DNA of 64,000 bases. Origin: Chrysomallon squamiferum. Taxonomy: Eukaryota > Animalia > Mollusca. Location: NCBI GenBank assembly GCA_012295275.1, contig CM022679.1, positions 3,968,001 through 4,032,000 of the forward strand, given 5' to 3'. This document shows positions 38,456 to 53,919 of this stretch, in pieces (positions within the stretch are counted from its first letter, which is position 1; every line of letters begins with the position of its first letter). The position numbers and the translations under genes were made by a program. The notes beneath the pieces are model-generated. The model was not told where the DNA came from. It worked only from the letters and a program-made list of their open reading frames with translations, and made no database searches.

Positions 38456-40105
38456 TAGTAAACGAAATAAAGAAATTGTAAAAATCGAAGAAGAAAATAC
38501 AGTGTGACAAATAACTAAAACAATTTTTGAAGATCACAAAAGCTTTCAAGCTCCAGTCGGAGCCGTTAAACATCTCAAAGATGAGCAATTCTCTGCCATT
38601 TCACACATCTCACAATTAAAACAATGCAAACAGTTACCCCGCGATCGAACACCATCGCTCTCTAAATTTAATTCGTTTCTGATAAACTTCAAGAGAAAAC
38701 GCACAAGTCGTTAAAAAGTTGCTTTTTATTTCTTTTCATGTCCAAAACCAACCATTATCATCGAAAACAATATGAAACAGGCGCGAGTTAATTGCTTGCT
38801 CTGGCATTTGAATTCCCATTCTCGCAATCCAATTATCTTCATTTCTGTGTCCTGCGGGGACAAAAGGAGATAGACCGCTTTACCAATTTATTGAATTAAA
38901 CAAGCGTTCAGATGTAAATAATAAGCAACAGCAAAGACTAGCGTGGAGTTCACGACAGGCATGCTACAACTGTACGCTTGCTAATGGAGGTGATGGAAAT
39001 TTGTCCGGGCCCACTTATAAAAGGATGGTTGAAATAATGATGACTTCTGTCCTAGGAAAAGCTGTGATCACGAAAACATGTTAGAACTATTTGCTAATGG
39101 AAATGATCAAACAGTTTACACTAATAGTGTATCATTACAAGAGGCTTTCCAGGCTGTTTCACATATAACCAACCAACCGTTACGAGAATGTGTTAGATAG
39201 AATAAAGAACAAAATATAACGCGTCTTTCTATTGGATAAATACGTATTTTCCAGTGGTAGGAAGCGATCCTGAAACCATGAACTGAGCAGACTGTCTGCA
39301 CGTGTAAGACTAATGTTAAACTACTGGAAGAGTAGTGATTGCTTCTGGGATGTCATTTTGGTACCATGACTTGATAATAGTGCTGAAAACTTCTTTATAG
39401 CTTCAAGCATATCTTTAGCTCGAAAGAAGACTTATACAATATATACATCTTGATATTTGAATTACGGACTCCTAGAGATTAAAAACTGGACAAATTAAAA
39501 AATTCATTAATTGAAATATTTTACAAAAAATAATTGTGGATATCTAGCTTGTTATATCATTCGATCCTGATACCTATAAGTCTTAATTCTGGTTTCTTAA
39601 CCACTATTTTTCATGTATGCATAAAACGAATCAAGTGTTAACGTGAACACTTAATGGTATACATATAGATATATTGACCACCGTTGCTATTCAGTGGTTG
39701 TTTACTATTAAACTCTGTCGTGAACCAAAAATGTGTTTCCTTTACCAGGATAAAACTCTGATTGAAGAAAGAAAACTTAGAGTGCAAATTTCAGCTCGCT
39801 TCTTGACAGCTTTAATTATCTGCTTGGTAATGCTTCTAATGAATATGAAAAAAAAAAAAAAAAAAAGAGAGAGCGAGAAAAAAAAACACAAAAAAAAACC
39901 GCCTTTCGTTATCTGTTCTGCTTGGAGGATAGAATTTCACAGTTAAAAATGATGTTTTTTTTTGTTTTGTTTTTTAATTATTGTAATTAATGAATTTTTA
40001 AATTTTAATCTAAGACCCTAGAGCTAACAATACATGAAACAACAACATCAACAACAACAACAACCAACAAAATATTTTCCTACTCTGAACTCTAATCAAA
40101 ATATA

Positions 40106-40148
<43 letters not shown>

Positions 40149-40369
40149 TAATAAAATAAGATAAATGGAAACATTATAACAGATGATTGTTCCCAAAGGC
40201 CAAACGCCAGCCTGCAGTTTGGAAAACAAATTAACTTCTTTTCCAAGTAATGTCACATCAACTATTTCTACACCAGATTGAAGAGAAAGATTACAACCAA
40301 TAATCTTTACAGAGAGCGAGAGATTCTAGTCACAAACCCTGGAGCACGATTAATCATACAATGATTATA

Positions 40370-40850
40370 AGAATGTTCACAATTAAAAGGTTTAAATGAA
40401 AACGTATGAAGATGAATTGCTTTCTAATTACAATAATTACAAGTCACGTTCTTTCTACAAATCTTTGTAAAGAATAAATAATAAACGATCCGAACTACGA
40501 TTATAAAAATCTTCACAATTAAAGGCTTGAAGATCAAACTTCGGTTTTGGTTCAGAAGAAACCTTACGAAGTGTCATTAGTTTTCTGAAATTCTAAATCC
40601 TTCTACAAATTCATGTAAAGAATCAGTATTACACAATAATGAGTACAGAAGTGTTCACTGTTGAAGAGTTTTGCTTAGGATATGGATTATAATCAAAACC
40701 AAATTTACGAAAGAAATATCAGTACTGATTTGTGCTACAAATCTTTGTAAATGTTGCTGCTAATTAGCTGTTAAGGGGATTAATCTACGCTGTATTCGAA
40801 ACGTATGAAAATAGATTGTTGCTACAAATCTAGGTACACGATTAATAAGT
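40370..40850 (+). repeat. Degenerate tandem repeat
   Basis: CTACAAATCTTTGTAAA-like block recurs at about 40456, 40603, 40735 and 40822. Confidence 0.6.
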
Positions 40851-41578
40851 GAGAAAACTACTTCAAAACTAATCATTTGCTCTCTTACAGAGAATTCTCA
40901 CTGATGCAATAATATATATAATTAAATATTTCCTCCTAGAACTGAGATTATAGTTGTGATGAAAGATGAATTGTTTTCTGAAATACTAATTACAAACTAT
41001 AGTAATGACAAATTGTATTCTTATTCTAAAAATACTCCAAACCAGACGTTACTAAGGAACCTGAATCCGGACTAATAATACCAGCACGAGTTATTAACAG
41101 AAATAATCTCTTTACTCCAACAATGAAGATTTTTAATTTTTCTTTTAAATAATATTCTATAAAGTCAGTATCAGAAAGTCTACAATATTTTTTAGAAATA
41201 TTTGCGTCTCAGTTCAGTACATGAGCATATACATGTATGTGTGTCTGTCAGTATGTATATAATTTTATATCTGTCTGTCTTTATGTAATATATTTATGTT
41301 CGCAGAACGTAAGTATATGTAAGAGATGTTTATAAATCACAAACGATCTCGGAATGTTTATTTAAACTAGTGTGGTTTATCGTTATCAACAAACTGTGGG
41401 AGAACAGTGCTGCAGAGAATACAGTTGTTGAACTGATTATTTCTCAACGGAAATCTTCTGTTACTCTCTTGTGGACAATGTTTGTTTGTTTTTTTCGTTT
41501 TCAAATCACGATGATTTCCTCAAGGCTATCTTCTTTGCTAAATTGTATAATCAATTAAAAAAACAAAAAGTGTTCATA

Positions 41579-41625
<47 letters not shown>

Positions 41626-42419
41626 TACAAACACGTCTCTGAAAGCCTAAGAGAGATGCTGTGATTTGTTCTTGTACTTGATACTATTATTATTGTTGTT
41701 GTTATTGTTGTTATTGTTGTTGTTCATTTGTGATAAAACGAAATACCGCAAGTGTGACTTATTTGTTCATGGTAGCAATTCCCAAATGCAGACGGCGTCG
41801 GTCAAAATACTACAGCTACAACTGTTACTACTACTACTACTACTACTACAACTAATAAATAAACAAACAAATAAATAAATAATAACTTACTTGTCTTTTC
41901 AATAAAACGCTGTTTTTACCACAAAATGAATTATTACTTTGTTTAGAGAGTGCAATGTTTTCAGCCAGACGTACAAATGTCGCTTACACTCTACTCATCA
42001 AATCAGGATTTAATCCCTAGGCGTCGCTTTTTATTTATCTGTCTCGTCCAGTTTTTTTTAAACAGTTATTTCCATTGATCATCTGAACATAAGAGTGATG
42101 CATTGGAAAATACTATTTTCCAATACTCATTACTGTGCAAAAAAAAAAAATAAAGACAAAAAGTATCGTATGCTTAATTTAAGAATAGCCAATGCCTGAG
42201 GTTATTAAGAATACTGAGCCATTTGTTCGTCCTTAAGTATATTTCACGTATATAGTGTTTATGTATTATTATATGTGTTTGTGTGTGTGTGTGAGTTCTG
42301 TGTGTGTCTGTGTGTTCTATGTGATTGTGTGTGTGTGTTCTCTGTGTTTGTGTGTGTTCTATGTGTTTGTTGTGTGTGTGTTCTATGTGTTTGTTGTGTG
42401 TTCTGTGTGTATGTGTGTT

Positions 42420-43070
42420 ACCAGCGTCTCATGGAACAGATCATCCTACTCATGGTATCTGATGCCACTCGCGAACCAAATTTGCTTTCAGTTGCTAAAG
42501 ATATCAAATAAGTGTCTGCATGCGGAGAAAAATCCAATTGCAACTCAAACATCAAAGATATTCTGTAAGAGTAAGGTCGGCATGGTTCAGACAGACTATG
42601 GTGAGCACAGCCTGATGTTACCATGTCGTAACGTCTGCAGATGAGAGTTAGGAACGTCGTGGTTTTGTACATCGGAAAGTGCTCGGAAGACGTGAACGTC
42701 TGTTCTACCCAGCACGCTGATTCCTCCTCTGAGATTCCTTCACCTCAGAGACACGAGAGCTGGAGTATCTTCGACTACGAGTCCGTCAAACCCGCGACAG
42801 TGTGTCTGAGATTAAATCTGGATTCAGCTGTAAAGAGATTCCGTCCCCGTGCATGTCGAAGATTCGTTAGACCCCACTGATTTTGCTTTTGTCGATGCTG
42901 ATGTCGTAGATTCATACCTGTCGTGCGGTAGAGACAAGTTAATTTGCCGATTTGGTCGAGGCATGGAGATGGTGCGTTTGAGAGATTTTCAAGATCTCTG
43001 CTCCCGAACAACAACAAACTTCATCAGGTACACAACGTTTGGTTTGACGTTGACTTCCATTCAATATACT
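42420..43070 (+). mobile_element. Degenerate Tc1/mariner-like transposase relic
   Basis: Frameshifted fragments in correct order resembling Tc1 motifs: WNR, CLHAEKNPIATQTS (cf. HLRNRFxTATQTA), VxDRLWEHSL (cf. VRNRLREAGL), RFGRGMEMV (cf. RFGGGSVMVW); stops and frameshifts present. Confidence 0.5.
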
Positions 43071-43174
43071 CTATGTTTCAGACCGCGTTTCCAGACACAC
43101 ACGCACACACGCACACACACACACACGCACACACACACACGCACACATGCACACACACACACACGCACACACGC

Positions 43175-43217
<43 letters not shown>

Positions 43218-43743
43218 AAATGATAAAAATTACTTCTTCCACGGCTGTCATACGTACGTTATTTCTGACTACAAATCCTGCAGCTGTCGCTGTACGTTAT
43301 TGTTAGCTAGAAACCGCTCGTCCGTGCCAACTCTAATAGGTTTCTATTTCAAACATTTAAATATCCGTTATGCAGCAAGATTTCCGCTTTCTGCAGAACA
43401 CCAGGGAGAATTCTCAAATGAACAGTGTGTCCAACACAAACGACTTTTACGTTTCTGATACTGTAATGGCAAAACCGGAAGTTACTAGCGGCAGAGTGGA
43501 AGCGGTGAACCTACTGTCTCCGACACTGCTGTCGTAAAAATTGCGTTTAAACACATTGACAACCGTACACGTAATCGTTTTAACATGTAATGTGTCTTCA
43601 CAATGCAGCCAGGGTCAGTTTCTGGACATAAGAGCCTCTCTTTGTTTTGTCTCTCTGCTTCTCTGTCGTTTTCTTTCTACATAAATTCTTTCGTTGCCTG
43701 GTTGTCTGTTTGTATTGTTATGACCAATTAGCTATTTTATCGC

Positions 43744-43831
<88 letters not shown>

Positions 43832-44284
43832 CCCTCTCTCTCTCTCTCTCTGTATGTATATATATATATATATATATATATGTATCCAGAAAAAGGTGAT
43901 GTCAAAATTTAATAAGCTGTACTTTCTCTATTCTAGTCAGAAACGACGTCTTTCAAACTAATTAGATAAATGCTAAGACGGTTGTGACCTTCGAGTATGG
44001 TAGAATGGCTTGCACTCTGGGGACAGATCAATCGTTTGCACCTGTGATAAACATTGTAAGGATACGCTAAGATCCGGTTTGATGATTTCGATTTATGCAG
44101 GTCAGAAGTTCAAATCCTCGTATTGATTTCGCATAAGTGTCTATATGTGTTTATGCCCGTGTTTGTGCATGTCTATGTGTCTATGTGCCCGTGTTTGTGC
44201 GTGTCTATGTGTCTCTGATTGTACGTGTTTGTTTTGTGTGTGTGTGCATGTGCATTTGTATGTGTCAGATTTCCTGTTCCAGAT

Positions 44285-44420
44285 GCTCTGATGACCAGCG
44301 TATCAAAGGCTGTAGTATGTGCTTCCTTGTTAAATGAAAGATCACTTGCTAATATTGAAAAATTGCTATAGTGTGTTTCCCCTCTGACTGTCTATATGAG
44401 AACTGATCATATGCAGGATG
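44285..44420 (+). mobile_element. Degenerate SINE core fragment (mollusc type)
   Basis: TATCAAAGGCTGTAGTATGTGCT...AAAGATCACTTGCTAAT resembles a gastropod SINE core from recollection; related minus-strand fragments at about 1140-1260, 57590-57720 and 58815-58960; needs Dfam/RepeatMasker. Confidence 0.4.
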
Positions 44421-44481
44421 TAAAATTATTTGAGATTTTAGATGTAATGGATGAATTATTAAAAACATTGTTATTATGTAA

Positions 44482-44523
<42 letters not shown>

Positions 44524-46640
44524 TTATTTTTGCTTATGTTTTTGTTTTTTGTTTTTACATACTTGGGTTGTTAGATGTCGACATCGTTAGTGTTTGTATA
44601 TTAAATAATTAGGAGTAGATACCGAGTCTCAATCTAACCTGATAATATTTGGTTGTTTGTTTTTACTGATGAAAATATAAATCCAAAAGATGCCTAATGA
44701 CATAGTTCAATGTTTTACATATGAAGAATTGAAATAAATGTGTGAATAAAATAGATAATTTATTAGTCACTTTTCAAGCAAGAAAGTAACATCGTCTTGG
44801 ATTCACAGGATCTGTCTAAAATCAAACAACTTTGTCATATCTACAAAACAAAAACAAAAAACCCCCACCAAAATGCCCCCAAACCTCCACAAACCCCCCC
44901 CAAAAAAACCCATTAAAACAAATAATAAAAAAAGAAACATAACCGTATAACGGTGTATTCAGAAACTGCCGATTGTTTTCGACTTTGCGTTGATCTCGGA
45001 AAAACAGATTCATTTAATAAAAGAGTATTTCAGTTTTTAATTATTTTACAAAATAGAATTTATTTTTAACCTATCGAATTACGGAATGAAGTCGATCGAA
45101 TTTCATTTACAAAAAAAAAAAAAAAAAAAAAAGAAAAAGTCACTTATAGGAATTTGATGCGGAGAACTCATGTAAACATGAGTCACAGAAATATCAATAA
45201 AAAAATGAGTTCATAAATATTTGTTCAGCAATAACCTTACGTCATTCTAATATACTGTTTGTTACACTTCGCTTATTCGACTTCTCTGCACAAGGATTAA
45301 TCATAGTTGTGGTGTGTTTCAAATGAACTATCGTACAGACAGAAAAACAGACACATTTAGAGCACCTAGTGGTTGTAACGGTAAATAGTTAACTGTAAGC
45401 TCTGGGAAGTTTTGATCCGACTGTCTTGTGACGCTTGTGCTGTAACCACTGGACAACAGCTGTATAAAAATAAAGATACGAAGCAGCTCCACAAATTAAC
45501 ATTTAAATATGCGACAATTCGTGTAAATGCTTGTCTCTGTCCTTCTGTTCATTGAAAATAACGATTGTTTCTTATTAATAGAGTTAACCAGAATGACTGA
45601 ACTGAAGATTTGTTTTTATTGTGATTTTTTTCTTTTTCACTTTGTTTATTGACTTTTGAATGTGTTTATTTCTTCTTGTGTGTTTTACGCAAATAAAGTG
45701 CAGTTTGGCGCAAATATTAAAGTCTGATGAAATTTAAAGAATTCTATTTCTTAAATTTGGAAACCGACGAAATGTCAGTAAAATGAATGGTGAATTTCAT
45801 TTAGCTGATAACCACAATTCGATGATGATGATGATGATGACAACGGTGTTGATGATGGAGACTGATAATAATAATAATAATAAAGGGTTGAAGATAATAT
45901 TTATAACGATGATGTTGATGATGATGATTATAACAATTTTAGTAATAACAGAAAGAACAATGGTTAAAAATAACTATCCTTATATATATATCTTACTGAG
46001 ATAGAATAAAAACAAAAACAATTTATATTTAGATTCAAGTATAAATGTGTGTTTTTGCAACATGTCATACAAAAATGGGTCAATATTATAAATGTTTATA
46101 CTATTACTGAGATATCTGTCAGAAAAATGGTCAGTGTTTCAGAGAAAACAGAATCTCCTTCCGTTCCCCTGACAATTCCATTTTCACCCAGACTGCATCA
46201 AAGACTAGTGAAGCATAAGCTAATAAAAAAAACTTACTCAGATCAGACAGCTGAGGGCATCATTAACAGCAGAAACACAAATACTCCTTACGTACACACG
46301 GTCACGAAAACCAGAAAGTATCGTAATAAATCTATCAATAATCAAGGAAATATTAATGATGGGTATATTGAATTTTCTGGAACACATCAATGTCACTTTT
46401 ATCTACAGCGTAATATTATGAACTTTGCTGCCTGCCGTTAGAAGACTATGATTATGAGTAAGAAATTCTCTAGCCAAAGACGGTTTAGCCAATAAACTAA
46501 TGAAGTCTTTTTAAAATATCAAGTAATGGACTTATCGTTATTTACCGAGATTTCTACAAATAACAAAGATAATTATTTACTGATGTCTACTGACGTTGGC
46601 TGCAAATCACTGTAATGGTAGTTTCGAATGTCTGCTGAAG

Positions 46641-46790
46641 TCTCTACAAATAATAATAGAAGTGGTAACCAATTTGTACTGGTGTCTCTACAAATAATAA
46701 TAGAAGTGGTAACCAATTTGTACTGGTGTCTCTACAAATAATAATAGAAGTGGTAACCAATCTGTACTGGTGTCTCCACAAATAACAAGA
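46641..46790 (+). repeat. 44-bp tandem repeat, about 3.3 copies
   Basis: TCTCTACAAATAATAATAGAAGTGGTAACCAATTTGTACTGGTG at 46641, 46685 and 46729. Confidence 0.9.
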
Positions 46791-48600
46791 TAATTACCAA
46801 TGTCTAACTAGTATTCTTAATAAAACTAAGACCAGTATCAACCAAACTGCAACAGAAGGCTCACGCAGACATTCAGAAACAGCAACTGAAGAATCTCCCA
46901 ATACACCTACAACTCTTTAACAACAGCCAATGACTACAAAAATCGTACCTGCCAGTGATGACTATAATCCCTAGCAGTATTACTGATTTAAACCAGTGAT
47001 TTATCTGGCAATAACGGTTAAACCTGAAAAACATTCTGTTATTTTTCTCTCAGCTATAAATGGTCCCGTTAACCTCGTTTGTTTTCTTTAGCAATATTTG
47101 CCAGTAACCATTAAAAAAAAAACTCAACCCTGTTTAATTTTTACACCGCTACAGCTAAAAATGATGGAAGCCATACTGTAATATGTAGTAAAATATTGAT
47201 TCCATGACTATATTTATGCTGTAAAAACCCGTTTTGGATTAAATGAAACTGAATGGTAATCTGAGATGGTGCTTCGTACAAGCTGTTCATCACATGAAAA
47301 CGTTAACAGGATACTTTATAAAGCTTCATTGATGGCTAGGGACAGTCCGTGTATTCCTTCTGGGTGAGGGGTCTTCGACTGAAACACTCCTTTGTGGATT
47401 GTAAGTATAATTGATGACTTTTTTTCGTGGAGTGAATGAGAGAGAAAGTTTGATTTAATATGAACACGCTATACATTGTTTACAATGAAAACGTGGGAAC
47501 ATATAAACAGACAGACTGACATATGGATGGATGGATTGAGGGACAATTCGACATATAAACAGAGAGAAATATACATGTGGATGTATAGCGAAAAACATAA
47601 ATCAGTAATTCATTCTCTTTGTTAAGTTTGTCTTTCTGTCTGACTCTGTTTCTCTCACACTTTCACAATTCATTCTAAAAATGCGTTTGTTTCACACAGA
47701 AACATCATTTCAGGACACATCGAAGACCCGCAAGTAATTTCCACTCTGAAATGAAAAGAACTGTCGTGAAAATCAGGTCAGGGATTTGTAAACGTAGGCG
47801 GCAATTACTCTGTAATTTGACATCGTATTGGTAAATAATCAACCGAAGAAAAAGCTGTTTAGCCAGTGTACCCATGTGTCCTTTTTTTTTAAATTAGGAT
47901 AATTTGACAGCCAACAATTTCCTAATGTGATTACAGAATGACAGTTTATTTAGTTATAAAAGTGACACGTTGTTTTTAAAATGATCCTGGTTGTGTTCGT
48001 GAAATAAGTTGTCGTAACACTCTAGACGTAGTCTTAAAACAACATTAACGCCAATTGGCTTGATTTGTCTATATTAATTTCCAGTTACAGACAGAGCTCC
48101 TCGATTGTTAACTAGTCTGATTATGACAATGGTTTGAGCCGTTAGGCTGTCAGATAACAGGATCAAATCTCGGTCGCTTCTTCTTGTCAGAACTACAGAG
48201 ATGTAAAACAACTACTTCATCTCTTCTCTGTAACTAATCTCAGCTTCAGCACATCCTGGTTAGTAAGTCTACCCAGGCACCTCTTGACTGAATCTTCGAT
48301 GGACATTTGCACGTTTTAAATTACTGACTCGCTGACAGATTCTGTTCTGAGTAAGCTACTTTCCAGTAACTGGATACAAATCCACTACCGAAGAAACAAA
48401 TGATTGTTTTGTTCGTGTGGGTCATTTGTTTAGTTAGCTTTGTCCAAAGACCTGTGTACTGTAAGCGAAACTGCATTAATGACATCTGCTAAATGTGTAT
48501 AAAATCCAAAAACAAGCTGTATCAGTATTAATGATTTTGCGTTTGAAATTAGAATCATATAAGTCCCCAGCTGTATGTTTGTGTTTGTGTGTATACGTTT

Positions 48601-48651
<51 letters not shown>

Positions 48652-49365
48652 CATAATAATAATAATAATAATAGTAATAAAAGTAATAAAAAACGTAACA
48701 AATTCGAATGACAACGATATATACATATACCAATGGAGACATTAGTAACTGAACGTTCTGCAGCGTACCTCACTTATATTTAACTTTACCCATGAGCAAT
48801 CATTCATAATTCTGGCATGGAAAACTGATGTTGTGCGAGTTAGATAATTGATTCTATTAAACCGATACACGCTTATTCTGCTTGTTTCAGCCGGTGTCTT
48901 CCCTTGCATGTTATCTTGTTTCCGTGACACAAACACGTCGCTGGTATCGACTGAGACAATGACAGTCGCAATGAAGGAATGAAGCCTGCAATTAACATGT
49001 CCAGCTTTACTGTAAATAACCTCTCACAATCTCTGATCTCACTTGTCACAGACAGTTGACAGCATGGAACAGGTATATTGGCAGATTTATGATGGCGTAG
49101 ACAGGGTAATATGCCCTGATTAGTATTCAAGGGGCGTCATTTTTACGTGTGTGTGTGCGCGCTCTCTCTCGCGCGCGTGTTACATAATTATTATGTTTAC
49201 AGTGATATTTGTTGTTTGATAGTGATAAAAAAAAAAAAAAAAAAAAAATGTATAACAGAGATTAAGTCTTCATTAGGTCTGTGTAATATATAAGGTAATA
49301 TTTTATTTTAAGAAACGTATCATTGACTTTTGAATTCGTTGGTACTTGTTATAACTTAATACACA

Positions 49366-49396
<31 letters not shown>

Positions 49397-49597
49397 CACA
49401 CATACATATTATATACATACACATATACATACTAATATACCATTTTCATATATATGTATGTAAAACCACCACCTCCACCACCATCATCATCAACCCGTAT
49501 TACTACAACTACTCTACTACTACTACTACTCCTACTAGTACTACTACTACTACTACTCCTACTCCTACTCCTACTACTCCTACTCCTACTCCTACTC

Positions 49598-49640
<43 letters not shown>

Positions 49641-49953
49641 AACTACCACTACTACTACTGCTATGCATTCATTGTGTTTCTCTTTCTCTCTCTGGGTAAA
49701 ATTAAGCTCTATATGTATTCATGACTGAGTAAACTCTCTTGATAACCGCGTTGTTCGTGGTAGATAAAATTGCACTTTATTAGCAGGAAAGAGCGAACTG
49801 TTTGTTTAACAGCGTAGTCTCTCTGACACTTCAATCAAATGTCGCTAGATTAGAGAAAGCAATTATTGCGCTTCGGTTCTAACGTGGAAATTGGCTACAG
49901 TAACAAGACTGTCGTTACTTAAAGCGAGGAACCTGCGTTGTTGTTCGAATCTG

Positions 49954-50527
49954 CAGAATCACAAAAGATCATCAACCCAGGAGTTTTAAACAGCAAAAAA
50001 AAGCATACAGCTAAACTTTGAACACTGTTTTAGCTTTAAATATATAATTTAATAATAATATATATATATTAGTTATAAGTTTTAAATTTAATTAACATTA
50101 CATAACTTTAATATACAATGTAATATCTCTGTATGACAAATTTTCGTCAGTGTGTAATCTAAGACATGGGGAAAAAACAGTTTCATTTCCTTAATATTTC
50201 AGACATCAGTGCAGCTCCTAATGGTTCAGCATCTGTCCCGATGAGCTACATGTTCACGGGTAAAAAGACAAATAAACACATGGACAAACTCTCGCAAATA
50301 TTTTTCGGGTGTAGAGAGAATTCAGTGGATAAAGTACATTGAATGGATCGTATGAAGTTTCATTTTAAGTTTTAGATATAATTAATGTGATTATTTGGGT
50401 TTTTTACGAGAAAGTAAAACGTCAAAAAGTCAAGTTTTCATGTATTGGTTAAAGGTGGGCTAATTCTACGACTAACTCAGCTATAAGAATAACAGAAAAC
50501 TCGAACACTTATAGCAGCGACGTAACT

Positions 50528-50608
<81 letters not shown>

Positions 50609-50615
50609 GTTATCA
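49954..50615 (+). repeat. Left arm of a long inverted duplication
   Basis: Reverse complement of about 60900-61487; 50199-50284 matches 61132-61217 at 85/86 nt. Confidence 0.9.
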
Positions 50616-51214
50616 TTCAAGTGTTGCTCAAAAATAGATCTCATACGGTTAAAAATTCCCATTGACGTCATTGTTTTTAACCTCATTTAATTCGTTATCT
50701 TTATATCGTTCGTTTACACAGGAAGCCGTCTGCCTTGGAACTCATCAGTGTCATTTTCCTATTTCCTGATTCAACATGGCGATAATTCAAAAAACAAAAA
50801 TTTAAAAAAAAATGTACATAAAATAAAATAAAATAAAATTAGAGACAAAACTCAGATAATTTTGCTAGAAAAAAAAAACCCAACTAAAATTAAATCAGGA
50901 ATTTCAATAAATATGTCATTTTAAATTGCAATAAACGTCCTGAAACATTCATTTGTACGTGCCTAAGGTCAAATCTAATTACAGCAAGACCGTTATGGGA
51001 ATGGAAACTGGCAGATATTAACAGACATGCAACTTTTATATCTGAACTGAACATTTTTATGAATATCTTGAGATATAAATCTGAAAGATGTGTCATAAAG
51101 AAGGGAGACGGGGAGACTCTGCGAGATAAATCTTGGTCCGAATCATTGCTGCGTGATTTGTTCATCAAAGTCTGAACTGTCTGCTGACTTGTCAGTGCAT
51201 TTGATTTACTCTGA

Positions 51215-51535
51215 TGTTTTCGTATGTGTGTGTTTGTGTGCCTGTGTATGTGTGCCTGTGTTTGTGTGTTTGTGTGTGTGTCTGTGTTTGTGTGTCTATG
51301 TGTGTGTGTGTGCCTGTGTTTGTGTGTCTATGTGTGTGTGTGTGCCTGTGTTTGTGTGTCTATGTGTATTTGTGCCTACGTTTGCGTGTCTGTGTGTGTG
51401 TGCCTGTGTTTGTGTGTCTATGTGTGTGTGTGTGCCTGTGTTTGTGTGTCTATGTGTGTGTGTGCCTGTGTTTGTGTGTCTGTGTGTGTGCCTGTGTTTG
51501 TGTGTCTATGTGTATGTACCTGTTGTTGTGTGTAT
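51215..51535 (+). repeat. (TG)-derived compound minisatellite
   Basis: GTGCCTGTGTTTGTGTGTCTATGT units; a similar TG-rich tract lies at 59460-59680. Confidence 0.9.
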
Positions 51536-52170
51536 ATATATTGTGCACACCTATACAAACACCATATATCGGATTCTACTAACTGTTAACTGCCTGTAAT
51601 GAAAACGATGAAAGTACCGTTTTTCTTTCATCTCTAGCTTACATTCACGTACTAACTCCCCTGCGTAAAAAAAATGTCTGTTTACAGAATCATTCTTATT
51701 TGGCTTTTATTGGTTGTTCGTGGTAGAAATCTAAAAAACCACACTTGTTTATTTAGCTAGTATATTTTAGATCTCCCTCCAGTATTATTAGATCAACTGA
51801 CGAGAACTCGGTGAAAAACTGGCAAAAGGAAACAGTGTTTATTGAACATCCTGATTTACCTTTTATGTTTTTAATGACTTCTTGAAATGGAATAAACATG
51901 AAAAAATTCAATTTAAAACTTAGAGGAACGAAGAACGTTTATAATCGACGATGAATAGATCTACCGAATTTTCAAGAATGCAAATACACGGATGTGACAT
52001 GTTTTCTTATGAATTGATATTTCTTTAATAAGGTTAAGATAAATATATAATTATATATTCAAGCTCATTGATGATTGCATACGACCGCAAATATCACAAG
52101 TTTTGAAAGCTTTCTGTCTCACCTATCTCCAGCCATTTATACACATACAAATATATACAAGACAAAATTA

Positions 52171-52371
<201 letters not shown>

Positions 52372-52634
52372 AATACCACAGAAAAAAAAGAAGCCCTTTA
52401 CTGAAACAGAATGTCATTTGAGTGTTAAATAACGACTAGATACTGACGCTAATTGGGAAACAGCAGCTGGACAAGACAAAGGATTAATCCTACTTCAGAA
52501 TACACTGTTCTTGAGTGAGTTGGAGAGTTTTGAGCTGGTTTCAGGACCAGGACTGCTTGGTGCACACAGGAGGTTATTTCCAAGTATTAGCTGTGCGAAA
52601 ACATACTACTGTGCTTTTTACCTACTAGAACAAT

Positions 52635-52937
52635 TACTACTACTACTACCACCACTACTACTGCTGCTACTACTACTACTACTACTACCACCACTACTAC
52701 TGCTGCTACTACTACTACTACTACTACTACTACTGCTACTACTACTACCACCACTACTACTGCTACTACTACTACTACTACTACCACCACTACTACTACT
52801 GCTGCTACTACTACTACCACCACTACTACTGCTGCTACTACTACTACTACTACCACCACTACTACTGCTGCTACTACTACTGCTACTGCTACTACTACTA
52901 CTACTGCTACTACTACTACTGCTACTGCTGCTACTAG

Positions 52938-52980
<43 letters not shown>

Positions 52981-53020
52981 GCTATTACTACTGCTGCTGC
53001 TGCTACTGCTGCTGCTAATA
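52635..53020 (+). repeat. (CTA/CTG/CCA)n trinucleotide tract
   Basis: Seen directly; a similar tract lies at 49510-49660. Confidence 0.95.
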
Positions 53021-53593
53021 CTATAAGACTGATAATCATAATCCTGGGATTATCCTCACTGACAAAAACAATGATCATTAGTTAAATTATTATTACTTTT
53101 TTTAAATCCTTTATTCACGACTGTCACGATCAGCTTACAGAAACTCATCATTAGAATAATCATCTGCGATTTACTTCGAGCCAACTTGGAGAGAATCAAC
53201 ATATTAACGCAATTTCACTTCTAACTCATCATGTTATTTGCATTAGAATGACAGTCGTTGGCTATTACAGATAATTTATATCAGAGAAAACGAACGCGCG
53301 ATGGTTAAGTTATGGGTTTCAACACTGACCGTTCGTGGAAAGGTCTACCCATGTCACAGCGTATTTCAAGTCCTCAGATTTAAAATGAGTTGATAGGAAT
53401 AATAATGCATTATATGGATTTATATGCCTCATAATTGACGTAGTTAAACGTTTAGTTAAGTTACAGAGTTTAAGAAAATATATAAGATCACAACAATCAT
53501 TCTTCGCATTTAACACAGTAATACTGATTTAATGAATTGCGTATCCACGACAGACGTGTTTGAACCTTCAGCTGAAATAAGCTTGCGGTAAAC

Positions 53594-53789
53594 CAGACAT
53601 ATGCAAACTGCGGCCCGCGTGGCTTTGTGAATAACTTGCCTAATTTTGCGAGTGAAAAAAATAACGTTTGTTTGCAGTGCGGCCTGGTGTTGTTTTTTTA
53701 GCCGCGTATTTTAGGTCTCCCTCCTCCGTCATTAGACTCTGAACCGTGTTCTGTGCGGTCAGCTTCCCGAGAAACGTTGTCCATCACTG
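53594..53789. mobile_element. Small non-autonomous hAT(Charlie)-like MITE, degenerate
   Basis: Begins CAG...CAAACTGCGGCCCGCG, has internal TGCGGCC repeats, ends GTTGTCCATCACTG; TIRs imperfect and no clean 8-bp TSD. Confidence 0.45.
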
Positions 53790-53879
53790 CTAGAAACAGC
53801 TGAGTGATTTCTAGAGGAGACGTTCATCACGAATGCAAATGTTATTATATCGGTTTCTCATCATCATCGCTATTATTAC

Positions 53880-53919
<40 letters not shown>

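Noticed and set aside
46049-46441. 130-aa plus-strand ORF
   Set aside because: No recognisable motif or splice context; likely a chance ORF.
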